Below the pieces are notes generated by a model. The model saw nothing but the letters and a program-made list of their open reading frames with translations, ran no database searches and was not told where the DNA came from. DNA of 64,000 nt from Hyaloraphidium curvatum SAG 235-1 (taxonomy: Eukaryota > Fungi > Monoblepharomycota). Positions 53,751 to 64,000 of this stretch are shown piece by piece (within the stretch, counting starts at the first letter, position 1; the number at the start of each line of letters is the position of its first letter). The translations under genes and the position numbers were made by a program. The DNA lies in NCBI GenBank assembly GCA_025558095.1, contig JAIVFI010000045.1, positions 124,001 through 188,000 on the forward strand, in the 5' to 3' direction.

Positions 53751-56000
53751 ATGGATCGCTGCGGCAGCGCATCCACTGCGACTTCGGACGGGTCCGACGA
53801 CGTGCCGCTGCCGCCCCCCACGGACGTCGGCGAGCTGGTCGCGCCGGCGGCCCCTGGGGGCGTCGGCGAGGGCGACTTGCTCGCGGGCGAGAGCGGCGTC
53901 GACCGGCGGCTGCGGGGGATCGTGGGCGGCGGCAGCCCGGCGCGGCAGACCCCGGGCCCGGTGGCGGGGGGGGCGGAGCGTGGTCCGGCGGAGGCGCCGA
54001 CCGACCCCGGCACGCCGGCCCGCGGCCAGCCGGACCAGGCGCAGAGCGACAACGACACGGCAAACGACGCGCTGATCGCGCAGCTGCTGCAGGCCGAGTT
54101 CGAGGCCGAGGCGCGCGAGGCCGCAGAGAGCGAGCGGCGCGCGAGGGAGTCCCAGGGGCAGCGGCTGCCCGCCCAGCCCGCCCAGCCCGCGCCGTGGAGG
54201 CCGCCGCCGGTCGAGCTGCCGCCGCAGAAGCCGCCGCGCTCGCGCGTCGCGTCGCAGGAGGTCATCGGGGGCGGCGCCGGGCAGCAGCCCCAGTCGCCGA
54301 CAAACCAGGGGTCCCAACCTGGGCAGGGGGGACAGGCACGCAGGCCCTCGCCGGCCTGGCTCGCCGCGCAGCAGCCCCTTCCCCGGCCTCCGACGGACGT
54401 CCCGCCTTCCAACCCGCTCCCGGCCCCACCGCGCCCCCCGCCGCGCGACGACCTCCCCGACCCCCCCTCCCCCGACCGCCCCTCCCTCCTCCCCCCCGCC
54501 CCCCCCTCCGATCCCACCGTCCCCCCCTTCCTGTCCCTCCTCCGCACCCCCGCCCTCGCCCCGCTGCTCCCCTTCCTCCGCTCCTTCCTCGCAAACTTCC
54601 CCAACGTGCCCCCCGAGCGCCGCCCGGGCGAGTGGCACGGGTACATGGCCCGCCTCAGGCCGCAGGTCGCTTCGTTGGAGCCCTTCCGCGAGGACCCAGA
54701 GCGGGGGATGGAGGGCGTCGAGAAGCTGCTCCTCACAAAGGTCTACCCGCTCGTGTTTGCCCCCGGCCCGGACAGGGAAGCCGACTCGCGGCTGCGCAAG
54801 AACCTCGCCAAGCACGCGTGGGTCACGCCGTCCCGCCTGGAGGTGCGGCACGACCCCGCCAAATCCGGGCATTGGGACCTCGCAGGGCGCGAGCTGGCGC
54901 GGCTGGAGGAGTACCGCGCGCCGCGGGACAAGCTCACGGTGCTGTGCAACGCGTGCCGCGTGGTCGTGCTCCTGCTGGACCCGCCGTCCCCCGCGCGGGC
55001 GGCGCCGAACCCGGGGCCGGCAAGCGACGGCAACGCGTCGCCGGTCTCGGTCGCTTCCTCGGCCTTTGACTCGCCGCTGCCCTCGGCCGACTCGCTCCTC
55101 CCCGCGCTCATCGCCCTCCTCGTGCTGCACCCCCCGCCCGCGCTGTTCTCCAACCTGCACTACGTCCAGCGCTACCGGCACCAGCCGCTGACGGGCGAGG
55201 AGGGCTACATCCTCACCTCGTGGGCGGCGGCGGGCGAGTGGGCGGCGCGGATGGGCGCGCGGGAGCTCCGCATGGCCGAGGCCGAGTGGCGCGCCGCGTG
55301 CGGCGCGGAGGAGGGGCGGAGGAGCGCCGAGGCGCGGAGGAGCCAGGAGGCGCGGAGGAGCACGGAGGGGCAGAGGGAGGGCGGGGTGGCGGAGGCGCTC
55401 CTGCGGCCGCTGCAGTGGTTCGGGCGGCTGCTCGACGACGGCGCGGGGGCGGGGAGGTCGGCGAGCTTCAATGCGCCCGGTGCGGCGGCGCCGGTGGGCC
55501 AGCCGCAGGGGGTGCAGAGGAGCGCGAGCCAGCCGCCCAGTTCGCGCGCCGCGGCCGCAGCCGGTGGGGACGAGGTACCCCCGTGGATGCGCGGGCTGAG
55601 CGAGGAGGAAAGGAGGAGGTACGAGGATTTCGAGGGGCAGATGCGGTGGGCGCTGGAGCAGAGCGAGCGCGAAGCCAGCGAGGCCGAGGCGGTGCGGCGG
55701 GCGGCGGTCGAGGCCGCACGTGCCGACGGGGCGGGGGAGGCGGTGAAGAGGGGGGCGGCCAAGGTGGATCTGCTCACGGGGGACGACGGGGCGGACGGGC
55801 TGCCGCCGCCGATGGGGGCGATCGGGGTCGGTGTGGCGGCGGTTGCGGCGGGGGAGGACGACGACGACGAGGTGCCGCTGGCGAGGAGGAAGGGCACGGC
55901 GGGTGCGGCCGCGGACGGGGCGGCGGCGAGTGCGGACGGCGGGAAGGGCCACGAGAACGGGGCGGACGGCGGGGAGGGCCAAGAGAATGGGACGGCGTAG
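53751..56000 (+). CDS. VPS9-domain Rab5 GEF with UIM/MIU-like motifs
   Basis: EGVEKLLLTKVYPLVF, RAPRDKLTVLCNAC, SADSLLPALI, LFSNLHYVQRY, GEEGYILT; DALIAQLLQAE and QMRWALEQS. Start is 53751 or 53626. Confidence 0.85.
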   Translation: MDRCGSASTATSDGSDDVPLPPPTDVGELVAPAAPGGVGEGDLLAGESGVDRRLRGIVGGGSPARQTPGPVAGGAERGPAEAPTDPGTPARGQPDQAQSDNDTANDALIAQLLQAEFEAEAREAAESERRARESQGQRLPAQPAQPAPWRPPPVELPPQKPPRSRVASQEVIGGGAGQQPQSPTNQGSQPGQGGQARRPSPAWLAAQQPLPRPPTDVPPSNPLPAPPRPPPRDDLPDPPSPDRPSLLPPAPPSDPTVPPFLSLLRTPALAPLLPFLRSFLANFPNVPPERRPGEWHGYMARLRPQVASLEPFREDPERGMEGVEKLLLTKVYPLVFAPGPDREADSRLRKNLAKHAWVTPSRLEVRHDPAKSGHWDLAGRELARLEEYRAPRDKLTVLCNACRVVVLLLDPPSPARAAPNPGPASDGNASPVSVASSAFDSPLPSADSLLPALIALLVLHPPPALFSNLHYVQRYRHQPLTGEEGYILTSWAAAGEWAARMGARELRMAEAEWRAACGAEEGRRSAEARRSQEARRSTEGQREGGVAEALLRPLQWFGRLLDDGAGAGRSASFNAPGAAAPVGQPQGVQRSASQPPSSRAAAAAGGDEVPPWMRGLSEEERRRYEDFEGQMRWALEQSEREASEAEAVRRAAVEAARADGAGEAVKRGAAKVDLLTGDDGADGLPPPMGAIGVGVAAVAAGEDDDDEVPLARRKGTAGAAADGAAASADGGKGHENGADGGEGQENGTA

Positions 56001-56767
56001 AGGTGGCGAGGCTCAGGTCGCGAGCGATCCGATCTTGCGATTCCGATACACGATGGCGGGAAGTCTAAAACTGGGAGAGGTGCAGCAGATGGTCCGTGTC
56101 TGCATGCGACGCACGCGGCGGTGGAATCTGCGCTGCGGAGCCCGCGTGTTGGGTTGCGTCCCAGGCAGGCCGATTTGCCGACACGTATCGGACGCTTCGC
56201 ATCCGCAGAGACGGAAGCGCGCATCGCCGCTTCGGGCACCCCGCGGCGTGCGGATGCGAGCCCCGCGGAGCCGCAGCTTGCGTCCCGGCTTGCGCCCCGG
56301 ACGCTCCCCGCACCATCTCGTTGACGCGGGTCCATGTCTGGCGGGATGGGGCGCAAGCTTGCGGCCACCGAGATCCCGGACGCGCGCATCCCCCGGTCCT
56401 CCGTGCGCCCGGAATGCCGGACGCGGGGCGGCGAGCGGGGATCGGCGGGTCCGGTGGCGGGGCGGGCCGGCGTCCCTCGCCGGAGGGGGAGAAGGGAGGG
56501 CCGGGCTCAGGACCCGATGCCGGGCGGCTACGGATTTTGGAGCATAAACGGCGAAACAGCATGCCGGAGGGACGGACGCGAGGCTGCAGGGGGATTCCGT
56601 TTGGGCGGGTTGCGGGCGGGGTCATGGGCGGGGAGGGGATGGGGAAAGGGTGGGGCGGCGGCATCCCTCGCCGCTTCCGAGGTTTCCCCGGGTCGGGACC
56701 GCGGCCATCATACGATCGAACGGCCGCGCGTGGCAAGCGACCCACCGCATAACTGCCCGTTAAAAGC

Positions 56768-57784
56768 ATGCCCTCCGCGCCGGCGCCGATGTCGGACAAG
56801 GCCGCGGCGGTGCGCGGGCCGCCGGCGGGGTTGGCGTCGCGCAGACGGGAGCGGTACCGCGGGGACGGCGTGCCGGCGACGCTGGAGGAGCTCGGGCCGG
56901 CGGGCACCGCCGTGCTGTCCGCGTACTCCGCCGCCGGCGTGCTGCTGGAAAGGCTGCGCGCGTCGCTCGGCGTGGGCGCCGCCGGGCCGGGCCGGGGCGC
57001 CGCGGCGCGCGACGACGCGCCCGCCCGCGAGGTGCTCCGCGCCGCCGCGCACACGGACTGGTTCGCAGACGCCGTGCGCAAGCTCGGATCGGCCGAGGTG
57101 CCGCCCAAGGCCGGGCCCCGCGCGAGGATGGCGCTGCACGACGCGCGGGCGGGCCCGTTCGGCTCGCTGGCGGCATCCATCAGCCTGGCCGCGCAGGGCA
57201 GGGACGAGGAGGGCGACGGCGTGCGGGCGTACTACCTCGCCCGCGATGCACGCAAGCTGATGCGCGCCGCGGTGCCCGATCTGGACCCGGCCGCCGCCGC
57301 CGCAGACACCCTGCCCAAGCTGCACGCCGTCGGCCTGCTCGTGGAAAAGTGGCAATCCGCACTGCACCGCCTCCCCGCCGGCGGCCCCTCCGCCAGGTTC
57401 GAGGTCGAGTGTTCCCTGGTGGGCGCCGTCGCCGAACGCTGTGTCGAGTTTGCAGCCCTGGACGGGGTGATCTACGCCTGCGCCGCTGCGGCGGTCCGCG
57501 CCTCGATCGACGGCAAGGTGAAGCTCACCATCTCTCCCGTACGGCCCACGGACGGCCGCACGGCGCCGGATGCGCGGTTCATGTTCACCACCGCCGCCTC
57601 CTTCTCCCCCGACCCGGCTCCGCTTTTCATGCCCGGCACCGGGGCCGACAACCTCGCCCTGTGCGCCGAGATGGTCGGCGAAGCGTACGGCGTGGACCCC
57701 GAGGAGGCCGTGGAGGATGGGTACGTCGGCGCGGCGGTGCGGGGAGGTGCGCTGGCGCTGTGGGTTCACTGGCCGACAGCGTGA
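56768..57784 (+). CDS. Hypothetical protein
   Basis: 338-codon ORF with ATG in AGCATG context and coding-like codon usage; no motif recognised. Confidence 0.55.
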   Translation: MPSAPAPMSDKAAAVRGPPAGLASRRRERYRGDGVPATLEELGPAGTAVLSAYSAAGVLLERLRASLGVGAAGPGRGAAARDDAPAREVLRAAAHTDWFADAVRKLGSAEVPPKAGPRARMALHDARAGPFGSLAASISLAAQGRDEEGDGVRAYYLARDARKLMRAAVPDLDPAAAAADTLPKLHAVGLLVEKWQSALHRLPAGGPSARFEVECSLVGAVAERCVEFAALDGVIYACAAAAVRASIDGKVKLTISPVRPTDGRTAPDARFMFTTAASFSPDPAPLFMPGTGADNLALCAEMVGEAYGVDPEEAVEDGYVGAAVRGGALALWVHWPTA

Positions 57785-58008
57785 CGGGCACGAGGATGGA
57801 GCGGAGCCCGGTACGGCTTGGGGAGTGGGAGCGTGTAGACAACGGGAAGATAGACAGCCCGCGGATTTTCGGTCTTGCATCATCGCCGTCTAATTGCCGT
57901 TCATGTATCTTGGCGCCTCCGGTCAGCAACGGGGAGGGGCGCGCTCAAACAGCCTCAGCACCCCTCAGCACGCGCGGCCCTCCTCCCGCTATGCCGCGAC
58001 GGAGAACA

Positions 58009-59921
58009 ATGCAATTGCTCCCCGCGATCGCGCTGCTGCTGGCTGCGCTCCCCGGCGGCCTGTGTTTGCCCGCCGACCCGCTCGCGGCCGCGGCCGAGCT
58101 CGCCGCGCTGCGCCGCCGCCTGCCCCAACGGATCGCGGTCGGCGCGCCGCAATTCGCCTCGGAATTGGCGGGCGATGAGGATTCGGCGGCGTCGGAGAGG
58201 GCCGCGGGGTTGGGCGCCGCGGCGGCACGGCAGCTGCCCGCGAACCTCTCCGTCTTCTATTCCCCCATCGGCGGCGACCCGGGCTGCGGCTTCACCGTCT
58301 CCCTCGACATCGGCGGCGCGCACCCGTACGATCTTATCCTCGACACCGGCTCCTCCATCTTTGCCGCGTCCACCTCGGCCTGCCCCGCGCTGGCGGGCTC
58401 GAACGACGAGGGCTGCAACCTCCCCCCAAAACCAATCTCCCTCCTCGCCAACGAGACCTCGACCTACGCGCAGAACTACGGCACCACCGCCAACCCCGCC
58501 GGCTGGACCGGCAACCTCACCTCGCGCGCCGTCTCCGCCCCCCTGTGGTCCTCCTCCCGCGCGCCGCTCTCCGTGTCCCCGTACACCCTCGTCGGGATCA
58601 CCGCCGCCACATCCTTCTTCGACCCGCGATGTCCGCACTCGGAGGGGATCCTGGGGATCGGCACCGCCTCGGTGTGCCTCGCGTCGGGGGAATGCCCGCT
58701 GATCCCGTTCCCCGAGCCCTTTTTCCGGGGGCTCAACTCCGCTTCCTCCGCGGTTCCGAGGGGATACGCGCTGCAGCTGTGCGGCAACGGCACGGACCCG
58801 TCGAATTCCGAGTACGCCACGATGGGCGGCAACTTCTGGTTCGGCGGCGCCGACTCGCGGTTCCTCGCCGAACCGTTCCAGTGGGCCGGCATCCTCGACG
58901 GGACGCGGTACGACAACGGGTCGGGCACCATCGCCGTCGACCTCAAGGCGTTCCAGGTCGACGGCGAAACGGCCGCCGAGGTCGGCTGGACGCGCACCGG
59001 CCCCGTGATCGCCGACTCGGGAACCTCCCTGCTCGTCATGGGCTCCGATCTGTTCTCCAAGGTGTCGGCGGCGATGCGCAACGCGAGCTTCGTCGAATTC
59101 GACCCGCGGGTGTCGGCCCGCTCGGTGGAGCAGTTCTGGTCGGGCATGGGCTACGCCATCATCGTGCCCTGCACCTACGTCACCTTCGGCACCTCGACCC
59201 TCTCGCTGCTCGTCGCCGGCCCCGAATCCTCCCCGGGGGACGTCTCCCTCCCCCTCGACCCCACCGCGCTGATCCTCCGCCGCGCGGTTCCGTGTCCCTC
59301 CAACCCGCAGGGCGTGCTGGACTGCATGCAGGTGCAGCTCGCCATCGCGCTGAGCGGGCAGAGGGCGGGCATCACCATCCTGGGCGCGCCGGCGTTCCAG
59401 GGCAGGGTGGTGTTCTTCGATTTCCCGGGGAGGAGGGCGGGGTGGGCCGGGAGCGTGGGATGCAGGGGCGGTGGGTCGTCGTTTGCCGGCGCGGTTCGCA
59501 CGTGGGGCTGACTGTTTCGTTGGCAGGTCCGACGCCGTCGGCGCAGGGGATCGACATCTTCCCCGGCGCGCTGTACAGGGAGCCCAGCATCACGACGCAG
59601 CCCGTGCCGGACGCCTACCCGCCTGCAACCTGCGGTGGCCAGCCCGCGACAAGCACCGCGGTGCCGACCACCGCGCGAACCACGTCCGAAACCACCACGT
59701 CGAGGACGTCGAGGACGACGACGGGGGTCAGGACGACGACGGTGTTCACGATCGACACCGAGGTGACCGTCGCGACGTCTTCCGCTTCCGCGGCGACCAG
59801 CGCGGCCACCAGCGCGGTGCCGACGTCGACGACGTCGCGGCCATCGGCGGCGGAAAGGACCTTCGGAGGGCGGGGATGGGCGGCGCTGGCGGGCCTCGTC
59901 GCGCTCGCCATCGCGGTCTGA
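58009..59921 (+). CDS. Secreted A1 aspartic protease, probably GPI-anchored, 2 exons
   Basis: Signal peptide, LILDTGSS, GILGI, IADSGTS, ILGAPAF; intron 59471-59526; Thr-rich stalk and hydrophobic tail. Confidence 0.9.
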
Positions 59922-59988
59922 CGCTCGATTATGCCGCCGGTATATCCGCATACCCGTATCTGAGCCAGTAGAGCTGCCGTGCCACGGA

Positions 59989-60845
59989 TCACTTGGGGGG
60001 CTCGGTGGACGAGATGCTCTCCCTCTCGAGCGCCTTGGCGTAGTAAGCCGCGACCTTGGGCGGGATTGCGAGCTCGGGGAAGCGGAAGCGGAGGTAGCCG
60101 ATCGCGCAGACCGTCTGCGCGGTTGAGGAAAGCCGCGTCAGAGCCTGCCTGAGGCGGCAATAGGGGAGGGAAACCCACCGTAACTTCCCCGATCGTCATC
60201 TTGTCCACGGGCGCCAGCGAGTCGGCCTCCTTCTCGAGCTGGGCGAGGGCGGCGTGCACCTTCTTCATCTGCCCGTCGGTCCAATCCTTCCACCGGAACT
60301 CCTCGGGGCGCAGGGCGTTCTCGTAGCTTCCCGACGGTAAAGTCAGACCAAACCCCCCACGGGGATCGCCGAACGAAACCAACCGGACGAGGATCGCGGC
60401 GTCGAGGATGCCGTCCGCGAGGGCTTGCAGCCTCAGGGCCTTCCAGCGGGACGCGTCCGAGGGGAAGAACTTGGGCGCGGAGAGCGAGTCGAGGTACTCG
60501 CAGATGACGGGGGAATCGTAGAGGGATTCGCCCGACGGGAGGACGAGCGCGGGGACCTTGGCGAGGGGGTTGGCTGCGCGTGGGAAGGGCGGTCAAGAAC
60601 GCGTCTCTCGACGGCGAGACGGAGGGCGGTTACCATCGTCCGTAGTGGTGACCTTGATGGTGTAGGGTGATCAGCGGTGGAGGGGTGGATAGCCCCGGGA
60701 GTAGAGAACTGACCTTGATGTTGGGCGCGACCGCCGCGGCGAACTTTTCGATGCGGTCCCAGATGCCGTGCTCCTTGGCCACGACGGCGACCTTGCGCGC
60801 ATAGGGCGAGGTGGGGGAGAAATGCAGCGTGCCGAGGGAGGCCAT
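59989..60845 (-). CDS. Glutathione S-transferase, bacterial YibF-like type, 204 aa, 5 exons
   Basis: SPTSPYARKV, NPLAKVPAL, LYDSPVICEYLD, ALADGILDAA. Exons 60845-60714, 60652-60634, 60573-60384, 60326-60179, 60114-59989. Confidence 0.9.
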
Positions 60846-61187
60846 GGCGCGTGAGAAGGCGGGGTTGCGGCGCGTGGAGGCGGGGATGCGGCGCGGGGCG
60901 AGGCGGGAGGCGGAAGGCAGGAAGGCGGATGCCAGGTTTCGGGGCCTAGGTGGTGCTCCGCGAGATTTCGTGCGTCGAATCGCGTGATTGGGAGTTGGGA
61001 GACGTTGGAGGCAAAAGACGCGCGACGGTGTGTGGACTTGGCCAGCTGTTATGCGAGCTCTTGCGGGACGGGCCCTGCAGCTGAGTTTCTGCGTCTGTAC
61101 CTTCGCATCATGCTCATCTTTCATCCGTCGAGCAGTCTAAACTACCTCGGAAGAAGACGATCGAGTGAGCCGACGCCTCGCCCGCAG

Positions 61188-62688
61188 CTATCCTGCCGTT
61201 CCAAACTCGACCAGCAACCACAGGTCATAGACGATCTTCAGTCCTCCTAGTAGATACCAGATCATATCCGGACGCCCGATCTGGAACAGCCAGCCCGCCA
61301 GGCCCGGTCCGAGCGCCGTGGCGAGGCCCTTTGCGATATTGAATGCGCCCATCATCTGCGTTCGGTGCTCGGCGGGGGCGATCTGGGCTTGGAAAGACGC
61401 CCGCGGCACCGTGTCCATCTGTGACAGGGAGAACCGGGCAAACAGCAGCGCAGCAGCCTGCTCCGAAGTCCGCGCAAAGGGCAGGGCGGCGGCGAGCACG
61501 TTGGAAGGCAGGTGCGTAAAGACCATCGTCCTGACGAGCCCGAAGCGCCGCGCGACGAGCGGAGCAAGCAGTACGGAAACGCCCGCAATGATCTGGGTGA
61601 TGGAAAGGAGAGATCCGAGGGAGGACATTGGTAGATGAAAACGATCGTCGAACCACAGCGCCAGCAGCGACCCCGTCCCCAGAGAGCCCGCAAAGGAATC
61701 GAGGGCAAAGAGCACGCAGAGCCGAGTCGTCAACCTGGCCAGCTCCGGGGGCAAGGGCGGCGGGGAGGCAGAAGGGTTCCGCGGTACGGCTTTGCCAAGT
61801 AGCGGCGACCTTTCCGAAGGGTGCATCGTTGGACTCGCTATTTGTCTGACCCGGTACCCGCTGTCCAAGGGTTTCTTGCACATCCTCTGCTGTCCCAGGT
61901 TCGGCGTCCTCTTCCACTGGGAGGCCGTCTTCCGGCTCCTTGGGCTTCGACTCCGCCGGCTGAAACTCCACTTCCCGCGAAAGCAGTCCAAACATACCCG
62001 CCAGGAAGAGCCCCGTGACGCTGTAACCCCACATGACCGCGCGCAGGCTGTCCAGATGGGTAAACCCACGGTCAGCAAGCCCGGCAACGCCCATGCCTGC
62101 GGCCCAAGCTCCTGCGCCGGCGGAGCAGTATCCAACAAACTGGTACAGCCCAAACAGGCTCGTCCGATCGTGCTTGGCGCCCTCGTCGTCGCCCGGATGC
62201 GCGCGGGCCACCAGATCGGAAAGCACAGACTGTTCCAGGGCGACCGCAGGGCCGACCTCGAATCCCGAAGGCGACACGACACCAAGGGTCGCGGCGAGCG
62301 TGATTACCACGAGGCCCGCAGTCCGCTTCCATGGCTCGTTCCCCACGGCCTCGGGGCCCAGCCACGGTGCCACAGCAAAAATGGCACCTGCCAACGCCAT
62401 CAGCAGCGATGAAACAACTAGCGAGGCGCGCCTGCCCCATCTGTGGTCGGCGTTGCGAGTCACAAGCAGCGAGAAGCCAGCGTCGCCAAACAGCGTCAGC
62501 GAGAGAATGACTCCGGTTTCGGCAGCGTCGAGGCCTAACGCGGCGAAGTACATGGCGAGGAAGAAGCCCAAAGCGCCGTATCCAATCAGCCGGACGGCCC
62601 TAGTCGCGAAGAGAGCGCGTCCCGAGGCAGGAAGCGCGACGAGAGGGCCCACGCCCAGCGGCAGCGCACGTGCAGAGACGCAGGACAT
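61188..62688 (-). CDS. MFS transporter split across two frames (weak intron or frameshift near 61790-61850)
   Basis: N-half RAVRLIGYG...GVVSPSGFEVGP...EQS; C-half LFALDSFAG...GLVRTMVFTHLPSN...SQMDTVPRASF. Confidence 0.8.
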
Positions 62689-63247
62689 GATCAGACTCGC
62701 GTCGAGAGATCGACGCGTGCTTCAGCGCGGCCGGGCCGGACAACAAACAAATGTTGCAGGACTTTCTAGGTTCGCTTCTCGCGTACTCGCGGCGTCGCCG
62801 TCGCCTCAGGGCCGGTCATCAACCGCCATCGCACTCGAGTTCCATCGTGGAAGCCGCCGTTCTCGCCTGCGGGGTAAGCATCGGTTCGGAAACACGCGGC
62901 GCCGCACGGGAGGCTCGACCCGAATGATTTCAAACATGAAGCTGAGGCGAGATTACCCTTTCGCCGTTTGCATGGTGAAACAACGAGATTTCTGTCTGAT
63001 GGGTCGTGCTGCACGCGCTGCTGAGCGGTTGGAGGCGGGCCGTGGGAACACTTGGGCTGACTATGCCTTCGGCCTCCTTCTGCTCCAGATACCTCGGTCT
63101 TGACGAGTTCAAGCCAGTTGGCAAGGGTTCGGTTGCCATGACAAAGGCATTATTTGGGATCCACCTCGAAAGTAGACATCGGCCCTCTTCCGCTTACAGA
63201 ATCTACACTTTTCCAATAGACACGCTGTTGGACACTTCAAGATCCCC

Positions 63248-64000
63248 TCAAAGCTTTCCCTTCCTCCCCTCCACGGCGTCCAGGAATGGGACGAGCGCCT
63301 CCAGATACAGCGATGCGTTGGCATCGGTGGTGTCGTGCCCAACCCCGTCCAACATCGCCAACTTGGCCCCGGGGATCGAAGCGGCCGTGTCCTTGCCTCC
63401 CTCGGGATTGACCAGGGGGTCCGCATTGCCGTGGATGACCAGCGCCGGGCACTTCAGGCTCTTGAGCTTCTCGTGCCGGGGCTCGGTGCCCATGATTGCG
63501 GCCATCTGCCGCGAGATGCCCGCCAGGTCCGGCGGCGCGCGGCGCACGACGAGGTCGGCGACCGCATCCAGTTGAGCGTCGGAGAGCTGGTATTTGGGCG
63601 AGCCGATAACGCGCTGCGCGGCCTTGTAGGCGTCCTTGCGGTCCTCGATTGATAGGGACTTCGGAGCCTGGTTCAGCACGACCTGCGCCGCGGGGCTGGG
63701 GCCCGGGAGACCCGGCCGGCCCGTGCTCGACATGACCGAGGTGAGGCTCTTGACCTTGTGCGGGTGCTCCAGGGCCACCAGCTGCGCGATGTAGCCGCCC
63801 ATCGATGCACCGACGACGTGGGCCTTCTCGATCCCCAGGGCGGTCAGCACCCCGGCCGAATCCTTGGCCATGTCGTGCAGCGTGTACTTGGCGCCCTTGT
63901 AGACCTGGCCCTTGGCGACCGCCGCACCGGCTTCCTTCAGGTTGCCAGGGCCGAGGTCGTGGAGGTGCGTCGACAGGCCGACGTCGCGATTGTCGAACCT
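63248..64000 (-). CDS. Alpha/beta hydrolase, 5' end beyond the window
   Basis: RFDNRDVGLSTH, YTLHDMAKD, GASMGG, VIHGNADPLV, GVGHD. Confidence 0.9.
   Translation of the reverse strand, partial: RFDNRDVGLSTHLHDLGPGNLKEAGAAVAKGQVYKGAKYTLHDMAKDSAGVLTALGIEKAHVVGASMGGYIAQLVALEHPHKVKSLTSVMSSTGRPGLPGPSPAAQVVLNQAPKSLSIEDRKDAYKAAQRVIGSPKYQLSDAQLDAVADLVVRRAPPDLAGISRQMAAIMGTEPRHEKLKSLKCPALVIHGNADPLVNPEGGKDTAASIPGAKLAMLDGVGHDTTDANASLYLEALVPFLDAVEGRKGKL

Noticed and set aside
52115-55982. 873-aa and 845-aa minus-strand ORFs
   Set aside because: Antisense shadows of the F-box-like and VPS9 genes; low-complexity translation.
1-64000. Prokaryotic origin or contamination of the contig
   Set aside because: Consistent spliceosomal introns and eukaryote-specific genes (mitochondrial carrier, VPS9, C2H2 TF) are interleaved with the bacterial-like genes.

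Overview
GC-rich, gene-dense eukaryotic DNA with about 38 protein-coding genes, many interrupted by short (~50-65 nt) GT-AG introns that often use a GTGGG donor. The gene content (URC4/DUF1688, Egt1, Atg26-like sterol glucosyltransferase, C2H2 plus fungal-type transcription factor, GPI-type aspartic protease) points to a fungus. An early-diverging zoosporic lineage (Monoblepharidomycota, Hyaloraphidium-like) is my inference from style, not a search result. I saw no rRNA, tRNA or CRISPR array. Most ORF-track entries are GC-driven shadow ORFs, so I rebuilt gene models by hand from splice signals. Highlights: (1) a hidden 5-exon, ~1428-aa gene joining a PWWP domain to a 249-bp-period array of treble-clef zinc ribbons whose variation is concentrated in one short segment, a PRDM9-like logic; it is head-to-head with an atypical OTU deubiquitinase gene across a duplicated ACGCGT element; (2) a 171-aa intronless protein made almost entirely of ~20-aa KIDG beta-solenoid repeats; (3) a bacterial-type HpcH aldolase with 7 introns, head-to-head with a sugar dehydrogenase and next to a transcription factor; (4) an inverted pair of DM13 genes, one Knickkopf/Skeletor-like; (5) a diverged CBA1-like B12-uptake-family surface protein; (6) a probable Penelope-like element relic; (7) several other bacterial- or virus-like genes with different intron loads. 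All family assignments come from motif recognition; no database search was run.
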